A DNA stretch of 64,000 nt. Source: a virus. Taxonomy: Duplodnaviria; Caudoviricetes. Where the stretch lies: the IMG/VR virus record IMGVR_UViG_2795386114_000004, positions 4,641 to 68,640 of that record. One strand, written 5' to 3'. Below the pieces are notes generated by a model. It was not told where the DNA came from, did not search any database, and saw nothing but the letters and a program-made list of their open reading frames with translations. Position numbers and translations under genes: made by a program. Position 1 is the stretch's first letter. Each line of letters starts with the position of its first letter. Of the stretch, positions 7,331 to 16,237 are shown piece by piece.

Positions 7331-8841
7331 CCAGACCCCTCACCGCCCACCGGCACCGCTCCGGCATCCTCCTCACCGGCGCGATATGCCTGACGCTCGC
7401 CGCCGGATGGGCCGTCCACCACGGCCTCCAAGCCGCCCACTACGGGCACGGCAGCAGCCGCCTGGCCGCCGTGTGGGCCGTAACTTTCCTGCTGCTCGCC
7501 ACCCAGACGGCGATGTACCACGCCGAGCGCCCGCACCGTCTCTCAACGCGGGCCCACCGCCAGCTCGACGCGCTGCACGTCGCGGTGCTGCTGCCCGTCT
7601 ACAACGAGGACGAGGGCTACCTCAGGCTCGGCCTGGAGTCGATGCTCGCCCAGACCCGCCGCCCCGACAGCGTGCACATCGTCGACGACGGCTCCACCCA
7701 CGGCGACTACGCCACCGTGCGCGCCTGGTGGACCCAGGCCGCCACGGAGGCCGGGATCACCACCACATGGAAGCGAACCGCCAACAAGGGCAAGCGGCAC
7801 GCCCAGGCCGCCGCAGTTGGGGCGAGTCCCCAAGCCGACGTGTACGTCACCGTCGACTCGGACTCCTGCCTCGCACCCAACGCCCTCGAGGAACTGCTGC
7901 TGCCATTCGGGGCCCGCTCGCGCCGCACACTCCTCGGCCGCCGACAGAAGCCCGTCCAGTCCGTCGCCGGGCTCGTGCTCGCCACCAACCACCGCACGAA
8001 CCTGCTCACCAGGATCTGCGACCTGTGGCTCACCACCGGGCAGCTCACCGACCGCTCCGCCCTGTCCGCGACGGGCGCCGTCCTCGTCAACTCCGGCCCG
8101 CTGGCCGCGTACCGCGCGCCGATCGTCAGGGACAACCTCGGCTCATACCTCGACGAGTGGTTCATGGGCCGGCTCGTGAACTTCTCCGACGACAGCATGC
8201 TGACCCTGTACGCGCTCCTGCGGGGCCGGACCGTCCAGCAGCCGACCGCGGTCGCGTTCACCGCCCTCCCGGAACGGCCCCAGCACTTCGCCCGCATGTA
8301 CCTGCGCTGGATGCGCGGCTCCACCATCCGGTCCGTGTGGCGCTTCCGCTACCTGCCCCTCACCAGCTGGCCCTACTGGGCGCACCTACTGCGCTGGTTC
8401 CAACTCGCCCTGTCCAGCGCCGTACTCGTCTGGCTGCTCATCGTCGAGCCAGCCGCCTACGACCGCACCCCGCCGGCGAGCTTCCTGATTGTGCCGTTCC
8501 TGATCGGCTGGGCGCAGGGCCTGCGCTACCTGTCCATCACTCGCAACGACGAGACCTTCGCAGACCGCCTCATCACCTGGCTGCTGATGCCGCTCGCCGT
8601 CATCTGCTCCTGGACGGCGCTCCGGGCCATGCGCTGGTACGGCATGGCCACCTGCGCCCGCACCGGCTGGGGCACCCGCCAGAACGGCGCCGAAGTCACC
8701 CTCGACGCCGCCCCGGTGCCGGACAACGACACGGAGCAGCTGCCCGTCATGAAGCTGCTCGACCCCGACTCCGAAACCACCCTCACCGTGCCCATCCCAC
8801 GCCAGCGCACCGCCGTGCCCCAGCCCGAAGGAACGCGATGA
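7327..8841 (+). CDS. Processive membrane GT2 glycosyltransferase, hyaluronan synthase/NodC/chitin synthase-like
   Basis: PVYNED, IVDDGS, NKGKRHAQ, TVDSDS, NSGPLAAYR, SDDSMLT, YLRW, C-terminal WGTR; N- and C-terminal TM helices. Confidence 0.9.
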   Translation: MTRPLTAHRHRSGILLTGAICLTLAAGWAVHHGLQAAHYGHGSSRLAAVWAVTFLLLATQTAMYHAERPHRLSTRAHRQLDALHVAVLLPVYNEDEGYLRLGLESMLAQTRRPDSVHIVDDGSTHGDYATVRAWWTQAATEAGITTTWKRTANKGKRHAQAAAVGASPQADVYVTVDSDSCLAPNALEELLLPFGARSRRTLLGRRQKPVQSVAGLVLATNHRTNLLTRICDLWLTTGQLTDRSALSATGAVLVNSGPLAAYRAPIVRDNLGSYLDEWFMGRLVNFSDDSMLTLYALLRGRTVQQPTAVAFTALPERPQHFARMYLRWMRGSTIRSVWRFRYLPLTSWPYWAHLLRWFQLALSSAVLVWLLIVEPAAYDRTPPASFLIVPFLIGWAQGLRYLSITRNDETFADRLITWLLMPLAVICSWTALRAMRWYGMATCARTGWGTRQNGAEVTLDAAPVPDNDTEQLPVMKLLDPDSETTLTVPIPRQRTAVPQPEGTR

Positions 8842-10502
8842 GCCACCCGACCTTCCCCGAGACGTTCGTCGTGCAGCGCGACGAGGACGTCTCCGGTATC
8901 TCCGGCGAGGGCATCGTCGCCGAAGGCGTCCAGTTCTCCGACGGCTGGGTCGTCACCCACTGGCTCGACCAGCCGCCCATGAACGAGCCGAAGACCGACG
9001 TCTGGCACAACAAGGGCGCCGCCCCCTTCCGAAAGATCCACGGCCACGGCGGCAGCACCCGCATCCTGTGGGCCGACGAAGTCGCCGCAGCACGCCGAAA
9101 GGCCCTCGCCGATATGGTCGAGGCGTTCGACGTGCCGCCGGAGATATGCGGCACGGAGGCCGAAGGGGCCTACTGGCGACAGCAGATCGAGTGCGCCCTA
9201 CGCGGGGCCTCCACCGAGATGCGCGTCGAGCACGTGGAAGACCTGCCGGGCGTGCCGGGGCCGGTCGAGTTGCGGGGCTGGCTGACCAGGTTCACCGACG
9301 CTGTGGTGCCCATCCTCACGGAGGTCCTCGAGCAGAGGAACCGTGCCAAGGGCGCCGCAGGCCGGGCCTACCTACTCGCCGACCGCTGGGAGGCCGCGCA
9401 CGGCTCGTCGATGTTCCTCGTCCGGGCCGCCGGCGCCGAGCTGCGCGACGTCCTGGACGACTCTGGCAGGACGCGCGACAAATTCGTCCACGCGCAGCCG
9501 AAGGCGCAGGACAGCGGGCCGTCGGGGGTGGACTACGCGGCCACCGAGGCGACCGGCTTGCACCGGCCGGACACCAGGGCAGCGACCGAAGCGACCGACG
9601 GCTGCACCAACGCGTGCGAGAGCGCCACAGGCATACGCGGCCTACTGGAGCACGTCGGCATCGACACCACTGGCCGGGACATCACCGTCGCGGGCAACGT
9701 CGTCGACGCCGCCAAGCCCACCGCATGCGACGCCTACCAGCCCCCCACCGAGCCCGCCGACAGCGGATTCTGCGCCCGCTGCGGGATGTACGACTACAAG
9801 CACCACGCCAGGCCGGTCCGACGCCTCGCCGACACCCAACCGACGCCCACCGACGACGCCCAGCGCGCCTCGATCGCCGCCGCCCTCACCGCCGAGCACT
9901 ACCGCCGCGCAGAGGCCCGCATCGTCGCCAGCCCGGAGGAGCACTGCGCGGCGATGGCCGACGCTGTGATGCGGGTGCTAAGAGGCGTCGACACCACCGA
10001 CGACGCCCCGACGACGACCGCCCGACGCCCCGTCGTCAGCGTCCACGGCGCGCGTGACATGAGCCCCGAGGCGCGCGAGGCCGTCGGCGCCCTGGTCGAC
10101 GTGGCCAAGCGGCAGATGACCGAGGCCCCGGCCAGCGACGAGGATGCGCAGCGCACCGCCCGCCGCGACAGCACCCGCAACCTTCTCGACGGCCTCGCAC
10201 ACCGCGGTTACCTCAGCAGCGACGAGACCGCCCTGCTCCGCCAGCACATCGACGCCGAGACCCGCGACGCCGACACCTTCCGTGCCGTCGCCCGAGCGAA
10301 CCTGCGGCACGTCCAAGAGATGTTGCCGGAGCTGGGGAACGCCGAGGCCGCCATCGAGCGCGTGCGCGAGGTGCCGCCCTTCGTCGAGCGGGTCCTCGCA
10401 CTGTCTGGCCCCGGGGTGTCGAGAGTCGCAGTGCAGCGCATCGCCGATCGGCTGCGCGCCGCCCTCGACGGCACCGAGCAGCCCACCAGCACGGAGGCGT
10501 GA
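8838..10502 (+). CDS. Large mosaic hypothetical phage protein
   Basis: ATGA coupling; N-terminal RDEDVSGISGEGIVAEGVQFSDG module; internal CARC motif. Confidence 0.75.
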   Translation: MSHPTFPETFVVQRDEDVSGISGEGIVAEGVQFSDGWVVTHWLDQPPMNEPKTDVWHNKGAAPFRKIHGHGGSTRILWADEVAAARRKALADMVEAFDVPPEICGTEAEGAYWRQQIECALRGASTEMRVEHVEDLPGVPGPVELRGWLTRFTDAVVPILTEVLEQRNRAKGAAGRAYLLADRWEAAHGSSMFLVRAAGAELRDVLDDSGRTRDKFVHAQPKAQDSGPSGVDYAATEATGLHRPDTRAATEATDGCTNACESATGIRGLLEHVGIDTTGRDITVAGNVVDAAKPTACDAYQPPTEPADSGFCARCGMYDYKHHARPVRRLADTQPTPTDDAQRASIAAALTAEHYRRAEARIVASPEEHCAAMADAVMRVLRGVDTTDDAPTTTARRPVVSVHGARDMSPEAREAVGALVDVAKRQMTEAPASDEDAQRTARRDSTRNLLDGLAHRGYLSSDETALLRQHIDAETRDADTFRAVARANLRHVQEMLPELGNAEAAIERVREVPPFVERVLALSGPGVSRVAVQRIADRLRAALDGTEQPTSTEA

Positions 10503-10777
10503 CCATGGCGCGCCGTATCAGGGCAGTGTCGGTTGAGCAGCTCCTCACCGACGCTGGCCACGAGTTCAGCAACTTCGATGCGCAGGCTGCGGAGTGGGAC
10601 CCCGGCGTACGTGTGACGCAGGCCGGTCCTCGCCAGGTGAACGTCTTCTGGGACGGGCCCGGCGAGGCTGACCAGCTCGAAGTCATCACCGTGGAACTGC
10701 GCGGCGAGGGCTACCACGTCGTGCTCAGCCAGCAGGACCGCGGCGGCCGCCGGCGCCTGGAGGTGACCCGGCCATGA
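10499..10777 (+). CDS. Hypothetical phage protein
   Basis: Coupled ORF, GGAGG RBS. Confidence 0.65.
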   Translation: MTMARRIRAVSVEQLLTDAGHEFSNFDAQAAEWDPGVRVTQAGPRQVNVFWDGPGEADQLEVITVELRGEGYHVVLSQQDRGGRRRLEVTRP

Positions 10778-11091
10778 GCGACCGCCGCGTCATCGACTGC
10801 GAACTGCTGTGGGCGCAGACCAGGCGTACTCCCGGGCTGCTGCCCATCGTGCAGCGGTGGTGTCGCCTCAACGGCATCAACCCGAGCCAAGTGCCCGTCG
10901 ACTCGAAGATGATCATCGAGGACAGCGCGTACGGGCTCGTCATCCGCTACGACGCCTACCTGACCACCGAGGACGGATACCGGTACGTCGACCCCAACAA
11001 CCCCGACCAGGCGGCTGTCGAACCGCGCACCGCCGTGCTCGCCGTAGCGCCGCCCGACGCCTGGCTGAACCTCCCGGACGGTGCCCAGTGA
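10774..11091 (+). CDS. Hypothetical phage protein
   Basis: ATGA coupling, GGAGG RBS. Confidence 0.7.
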   Translation: MSDRRVIDCELLWAQTRRTPGLLPIVQRWCRLNGINPSQVPVDSKMIIEDSAYGLVIRYDAYLTTEDGYRYVDPNNPDQAAVEPRTAVLAVAPPDAWLNLPDGAQ

Positions 11092-11408
11092 CCCCCACCG
11101 AAGAACTCCGCGCGGCCGCCGCCCGGCTGCGCGACAACCGCAACTGTGACGGCTTCCGAGTCGACTGCAACAGCCGCGAGTTGCTGGAGATGATCCGCGT
11201 CCTGCTGCGCGCTCGTGAGCCGCTTGCTGAGCTGCTGGAGACAGCCGTCAGCTACTTGGACGGCCACGACGGCATCGCCCACCCCACTCACCTCGCGCGC
11301 GCGGTGACTGTCGCCCGCGCCATCAACTCGGTCGCAGAGCCCGGCCCCGAACAGGACGGCCACATCGAAGACAGCCTCAGCGGACGCTCCTTGTACGAAC
11401 AGCTGTAG
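11088..11408 (+). CDS. Hypothetical phage protein
   Basis: GTGA coupling; TPTEELRAAAARLR. Confidence 0.65.
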   Translation: MTPTEELRAAAARLRDNRNCDGFRVDCNSRELLEMIRVLLRAREPLAELLETAVSYLDGHDGIAHPTHLARAVTVARAINSVAEPGPEQDGHIEDSLSGRSLYEQL

Positions 11409-11428
11409 CGCACCGCAGGCGAAGCGCC

Positions 11429-11629
11429 GTGACCTCGCTCGCACCGGAACCGAAGGCAGCCGCCACCCACGGCGACGCCGACCTCACGCACACGGTGTGC
11501 GACTGCACGCCGGACATCGCACTGTGCGGCACCGACGTCACCGACCAGCCATGGGCGGACGGCTCCGACGAATCGACCTGCGTCGTCTGCCGCGACCTCG
11601 AAGACCTGGACTGCCCGAGGTGCAACTGA
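11429..11629 (+). CDS. Small Cys-rich (zinc-binding) protein
   Basis: HTVCDC..IALCG..CVVC..CPRC. Confidence 0.7.
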   Translation: MTSLAPEPKAAATHGDADLTHTVCDCTPDIALCGTDVTDQPWADGSDESTCVVCRDLEDLDCPRCN

Positions 11630-12063
11630 TGGCCACTACGAACCAAGGACCCACAATGCAGCCCCCCTTTACCCGCGGCTTCCGCCTGCACCTGGCCGGC
11701 GGCCGCATCATCCATGGCGCGGAGTTCCCCACCGGCCACGTTCTCGTCGCCGACGATCCCGAGTACGGCCTCGCCACGGCCGCCACCTCTCTCGACGAGC
11801 TGTTGAAGGGCTACCACGGCGCCCGCGTCGAGTGGCCCGGCGACCAGCTCGTGCCCACCGCACTGTTCCTGGACCTGGTGAACATCGCCAGCCACGTGAT
11901 CTCGGGGAAGCCGCCGACCTACCGGCCGGGCGTGCCGTACCCCGAGCCGCACGCCCGCGCCGTCCTCGCCCAGCTCACTAAGTACTTGGGCTACGACGTA
12001 GCCGAACGCGCGGCCGAGCAGGAAGCCAACCGAGCACTCGCACGAGGGGAGACCCACCTCTGA
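11629..12063 (+). CDS. Hypothetical phage protein
   Basis: TGATG coupling; GFRLHLAGGRIIHGAEFP. Confidence 0.65.
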   Translation: MATTNQGPTMQPPFTRGFRLHLAGGRIIHGAEFPTGHVLVADDPEYGLATAATSLDELLKGYHGARVEWPGDQLVPTALFLDLVNIASHVISGKPPTYRPGVPYPEPHARAVLAQLTKYLGYDVAERAAEQEANRALARGETHL

Positions 12064-12308
12064 TGGATGCCGACAAGCGCGTCATCACCGTCGACCGGCA
12101 CGAGTGGACGCTGAAGAGCCCCGCCCACCACACCGAGGTTGAGAAGGCGGTGACGGTCGCCGAGCACGACCGGGCCCGGCTTGCCTCCAGGGGCGTCCGC
12201 ACCGGCGACGTCCACATCCACGGCGACGACACCGAGCTGGTCGTCTCCTTCGAGGCCGAGCGGCCCAAGAACCCGAAGCGCCACTCCACGGAGATCGCCG
12301 ATGCCTGA
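12063..12308 (+). CDS. Hypothetical phage protein
   Basis: TGATG coupling, GC3 bias. Confidence 0.65.
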   Translation: MDADKRVITVDRHEWTLKSPAHHTEVEKAVTVAEHDRARLASRGVRTGDVHIHGDDTELVVSFEAERPKNPKRHSTEIADA

Positions 12309-12687
12309 ACTGCCTTCCCCCAGCCCGTCCGCAGAGCCTCAGACCTTCGATCTGAAAATCTCCGAAGCTGCTATCAGCGAGGCCCTCGTGAGCATGGTCA
12401 AGCTGGTCTTCCGCCAGCCCGGCACCATGCCGGACCCCGCAGAGGGTCGCGCCTTCATGGACAGCTTGCGGAATGCGCTGCTCGCAGGCTCTCAGGCCTG
12501 CGCGGAGGTCAAGCGCATGCGCGCCGACCTGATCTCCCTGCGCGACAGCCACCGACCGCAGCCTCACGCCGACCCGTCGAAGCCCGGCGCCCTTTGTGCC
12601 GCCTGCTCCATGCACGGGTCGATCGTCGCGTGGCCGTGCGCCACCTGGTCGGCCGCCGAGCGGATCCTCACCCACGGAAAGGCCTGA
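12301..12687 (+). CDS. Hypothetical protein with H..CxxC..WPC zinc motif
   Basis: GGAG RBS; HRP...CAAC...WPCAT. Confidence 0.65.
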   Translation: MPELPSPSPSAEPQTFDLKISEAAISEALVSMVKLVFRQPGTMPDPAEGRAFMDSLRNALLAGSQACAEVKRMRADLISLRDSHRPQPHADPSKPGALCAACSMHGSIVAWPCATWSAAERILTHGKA

Positions 12688-12692
12688 GCACG

Positions 12693-13163
12693 TTGTTCGA
12701 GGCAGAACGCGTCGTGCTGACCTTCAAGCAGTACGCCCAGCAGTTCCTGGTGAACGAGGAGCTCCTCCTGGAGGTGGACGTCCGGGTACAGCGCGAGATC
12801 TTCGGCCAGTACCTGTTCCAGCTGCGGACGCAGCTTCTCGCCGACGACCTGCCGCCCGAGCACCTCACCGAGCGCGCCAGGGTGCCGTACGAGGTGCCCA
12901 CCTCGACCTGGCAGATGTGGAAGAAACGTCACGCCCACCGCTGGTACGCCCGCCGGCTAGTCTCCCGCTGGCCGGTGCGCTACGAACCCGACCCGGACGG
13001 CCGCGGCACCGACGCGGTGTGCACCTTCGACCTGGAGCGGTACCGCATCTACCCGCGGGCCCGCGTGCACTTGCCGCCAGACCGGTTCGGCCGGGCGTAC
13101 CTCGCGCACTCCATCCGGAACATCCGCTGGGACATGGACGGGGGCCCCAGTGCAGACGCTTGA
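12693..13163 (+). CDS. Hypothetical phage protein (start uncertain)
   Basis: Strong GC3 bias; VPTSTWQMWK. Confidence 0.6.
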   Translation: MFEAERVVLTFKQYAQQFLVNEELLLEVDVRVQREIFGQYLFQLRTQLLADDLPPEHLTERARVPYEVPTSTWQMWKKRHAHRWYARRLVSRWPVRYEPDPDGRGTDAVCTFDLERYRIYPRARVHLPPDRFGRAYLAHSIRNIRWDMDGGPSADA

Positions 13164-13746
13164 CGGCCTGGTCGCCGACCTCGTCGATCGCTGGACCGGC
13201 GACGAACAGCACCCCGGCGACGGCGGCCGCGGCCTGATCGAACGTCTCGACGAGCTCGCGCTGCGCACCGCGCAGCCGCGCGAGACGGGAGGCAGGTCTA
13301 CGCCTGGGTCCCGGCCGCCGAGCTCTCTGGACGCTGTGCACTGGTCGACCGCGATCAAGGCGCAGGCCCGGGTCCTCGACATGCAGCTACGGGGTTCGAC
13401 GCACATGCAGCGCTGGGACCGCGCACTGAAGGCGCTTCCGGCCGGGGCGGAGGCCACCGGACGCGTCGGCGAGGTCACTTCCACGGTCGGCCGCTGGCAC
13501 TCGACCGTGCGCACGGTCCTGGGTCTTCAGTCACCGTCGAGGGAGATGCGCGGGGTGCGCTGCCTGGCGTGCGGCACGGGCAGCATCCACTGCCGCCCCG
13601 ACGACGACCGGCCCCGCGCCTGGTGCGTGAACCCGGAGTGCACCGACGAAGAGACCGGCCAGCCCGCCCGCTACGAAGGTCGGCGCCTGTACCTGCTCAC
13701 CACCAACAGCCCAGGGACGGCGGCTTCGGTCAACCCTCGTCAGTGA
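13150..13746 (+). CDS. Phage protein with C-terminal zinc ribbon, possible transcription regulator
   Basis: PGSRPP motif; CLAC...CVNPEC. Confidence 0.65.
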   Translation: MQTLDGLVADLVDRWTGDEQHPGDGGRGLIERLDELALRTAQPRETGGRSTPGSRPPSSLDAVHWSTAIKAQARVLDMQLRGSTHMQRWDRALKALPAGAEATGRVGEVTSTVGRWHSTVRTVLGLQSPSREMRGVRCLACGTGSIHCRPDDDRPRAWCVNPECTDEETGQPARYEGRRLYLLTTNSPGTAASVNPRQ

Positions 13747-13999
13747 GCTGGCCTCGGGTGGGTGGGCGCCGGCGCTCGATGCCCGCCTCACGGGCGACGC
13801 GGCGGAACCACTCGTCGCTGTAGCCGGTGAGGCGGGCGAGGTCGCCGACGGTGGCGCCGTGGTCGCGCATCTCGCGGATGGCCATCTCGCGTACGGGGTC
13901 CTTGAGGTTGGCCAGCGTGGTCACGGCGCGACGGTTGCGGGCGAAGAGCTTCGCCGCGTCGTCGGGCGGGGTGTAGTCGCTGCGGGCCATGGCGCTCAT
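13730..13999 (-). CDS. Small HTH DNA-binding protein (divergent, repressor-like)
   Basis: GATVGDLARLTGYSDEWFRRVAREAGI. Confidence 0.75.
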   Translation of the reverse strand: MSAMARSDYTPPDDAAKLFARNRRAVTTLANLKDPVREMAIREMRDHGATVGDLARLTGYSDEWFRRVAREAGIERRRPPTRGQLTDEG

Positions 14000-14104
14000 G
14001 ATCGCACGCCTGGCAGGCCACAGGGTTGGTCTGCGGAATGGTGTAAGCATGTCTCGTACACCCCTCAAAAGATCTTGTACTTTCTTTGACTTGTACCTTC
14101 CACT

Positions 14105-14120
14105 GGCCAACAGGTTGGCC
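14105..14120. promoter_or_regulatory. Palindromic operator in an AT-rich divergent promoter region
   Basis: GGCCAAC-AG-GTTGGCC perfect inverted repeat next to TAATAT; degenerate copy GGCCACAGGGTTGGTC near 14016. Confidence 0.6.
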
Positions 14121-14165
14121 TAATATTGGAGTTGCAGCAAGGGTCTCAAAACAACCGGGGGAGCC

Positions 14166-14525
14166 GTGAACGCGCAGGTCAACCGCAGGATCACCGTCGC
14201 CGAATATCTCGTGCAGCGCGGTCTTCCGGCTGACTGGCGCTTCGGGTCCCCGCTCGGGCGGATTGCCGCCGAGATCTACCGGCAGACCTACCGGCGCGAG
14301 CCCAGCCGGGCCTTCCGGTGGATCAACGGCCGCTTCCGCCCCGTCATGGCCTACCAGCCGTCCGAGGCGCACGTTCTCACCGCCGCGTGGGACCGGTACG
14401 GATGCACCGCCGACCAGCGGCGCACCCCGGCCGTCCGGACCAGTCGCCCTCGGTCGTACGCCCCGGTCAGCGGCGACGCCATGCGGTGGACGCCGACCGG
14501 CGGCCCCGTCCGTAGCCACCCGTAA
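14166..14525 (+). CDS. Hypothetical protein, antirepressor C-terminal-like DNA-binding domain
   Basis: ITVAEYL...LGRIAAEIYRQTYRREP...INGRFRPVMAY; first gene after the operator. Confidence 0.55.
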   Translation: MNAQVNRRITVAEYLVQRGLPADWRFGSPLGRIAAEIYRQTYRREPSRAFRWINGRFRPVMAYQPSEAHVLTAAWDRYGCTADQRRTPAVRTSRPRSYAPVSGDAMRWTPTGGPVRSHP

Positions 14526-14557
14526 CCGCCCGCCCATCGACCGCCTGAGGGGGAGTC

Positions 14558-14803
14558 ATGTCCGACACGCTGATCCGCTCGCTCGACCTGATCGAGCCCG
14601 GCGACCTGGTGCTCTACCACGGCACGTTCGAGTGTTGCCACGGCCTGTGGCTCGCCGTTCCCTGCCCCTGCGAACTCTGCCGCGTCGCTGACGACCTCGG
14701 AGTCCCCGACGTCCGCTTCGTCCTCGTCGACCCGTGGGGCGAGGAGCCGGGCCCGCACCACGTCCGCCGCCAGTCCATCACCCGCTCCGCCGCCTCCGGC
14801 TGA
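14558..14803 (+). CDS. Hypothetical Cys-containing protein
   Basis: GGGAG RBS; PGDLVLYHG..PCPCELC. Confidence 0.7.
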   Translation: MSDTLIRSLDLIEPGDLVLYHGTFECCHGLWLAVPCPCELCRVADDLGVPDVRFVLVDPWGEEPGPHHVRRQSITRSAASG

Positions 14804-14812
14804 GCACCACCC

Positions 14813-14889
14813 GGGCCCGTAGCTCAGGGGCAGAGCAGGCGCCTTAAAAGCGCGACACGTCGCCGGTTCGAATCCGGTCGGGTCCACCA
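14813..14889 (+). tRNA. tRNA with UAA anticodon (reads the Leu codon TTA) on a short-variable-loop body, CCA encoded
   Basis: Acceptor GGGCCCG/CGGGTCC, D arm GCTC/GAGC, anticodon loop CT-TAA-AA (14845-14847), T arm GCCGG-TTCGAAT-CCGGT, A73, CCA. Confidence 0.85.
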
Positions 14890-14923
14890 CGACAGACATC
14901 AGCCACTCAGCAGGGGGGTCACC

Positions 14924-16132
14924 GTGACCATCGCCACCGACGTCAACACCGCCTTCCACGACGAGAAGACCCGCCAACTCGACGCCGCCCGCTCCCGCGA
15001 GCGCGCCTTCCAGGCCCGCATCGACCGGGGCGAGATCCGCATGGTCAGCGCCAACACCTACGAGGTCCTCACCGGCTGGGACCAGGGCGAGCAGTTCACC
15101 GTCTCCCGCAACCCGCAGGGCGAGATCGATGCGATCATCGCGAACCACGGCCTCGACACCCGCGCCGACGGCACCATCGCCCTGTACGCCTCATCCCCGG
15201 CCTGGCACGACCTCGGGCAGATCATCCCGGGCGGCACCACCGACATCGACACCGTGCTGGAGTTGTCCGGCCTCGACTTCGACGTCACCACCGTCCCCGC
15301 CCTGTACCAGTGGGACGGGAAGCTGCGGGAGCACACCGACCAGCGCCACACCGTCCGCGAGGACACCGGCGCACCCCTCGGCGTCGTCGGCCGCAGGTAC
15401 CAGCCCATCCAGAACAGGGAAGGCTTCGAGTTCCTCCAGGAACTCGTCGGCCGCTACGACGTGGTGTGGGAGTCCGCCGGGGTCATCCGGGGCGGGCGTC
15501 GCGTGTTCATCTCCATCCGCCTTCCGCAGACCGTCACCGTGGACGCCGACGGCATCAACGACCGGATCGTCCCGTACGTCGCCGTGATGAACGACCACAC
15601 CGGCAACGGCACCTTCCAGTGCGTCGTCACCCCCTGGCGGCCCGTCTGCGCCAACACCGAACGCTTCGCCGTCCGCGACGCGCACACCCGCTGGGCCGTC
15701 CGCCACACCAAGGGCGCCACCGACCAGATCAAGGAAGCCCGCCGCACCCTCGGTCTGTCCGTCCAGTACTTCGACCAGTTCGCCGCCGAGGAAACCGCAC
15801 TCTCCCGCACGGACATCGCCGTCGCCGACTTCCACAAGGTCATCGCCGACCTGTGGCCCCTCGACGACGACGCCTCCGACCAGAAGCGCACCAACCACGC
15901 CGCCCGGATCGGCGCCCTCGACGACGTCTTCCGCACAGAGACCGAGCGGGTCGGCCGCACCGCCTACGCCGCCGAACGCGCCATCACCGGCTTCCTCGAC
16001 CACGTCACCCCGCGCCGCCCCCCGAAGACCATGACCGAAGAGATCTTCCGCGCCACCGCCGCCCTCGAAGGCGCCGACGACGACACGAAGACCAAGGCCC
16101 ACAAGCGGCTGATGCTGCTCACCCGGGCCTGA
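14924..16132 (+). CDS. DUF932 (DUF945 / TIGR03299-like) phage/plasmid protein
   Basis: PAWHDLG, PLGVVGRRYQPIQNREGF, ESAGVIRGGRRVFI, TPWRPVCANT, VRHT. Confidence 0.9.
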   Translation: MTIATDVNTAFHDEKTRQLDAARSRERAFQARIDRGEIRMVSANTYEVLTGWDQGEQFTVSRNPQGEIDAIIANHGLDTRADGTIALYASSPAWHDLGQIIPGGTTDIDTVLELSGLDFDVTTVPALYQWDGKLREHTDQRHTVREDTGAPLGVVGRRYQPIQNREGFEFLQELVGRYDVVWESAGVIRGGRRVFISIRLPQTVTVDADGINDRIVPYVAVMNDHTGNGTFQCVVTPWRPVCANTERFAVRDAHTRWAVRHTKGATDQIKEARRTLGLSVQYFDQFAAEETALSRTDIAVADFHKVIADLWPLDDDASDQKRTNHAARIGALDDVFRTETERVGRTAYAAERAITGFLDHVTPRRPPKTMTEEIFRATAALEGADDDTKTKAHKRLMLLTRA

Positions 16133-16237
16133 CCAGACCGGCGGCCGGAGACTCCCCCCTCCAGCCGCCACCCCAGGGCCGCGCCCCGCACTCCCTCCCT
16201 GCCCTGGCGGGGTGCGGCCCGCACAACTCAACACCGA

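Noticed and set aside
7386-8837. 5' extension making a 1038-aa ORF
   Set aside because: Overlaps the GT2 gene in another frame and is Arg/Pro-rich junk; the real start is the ATGA-coupled ATG at 8838
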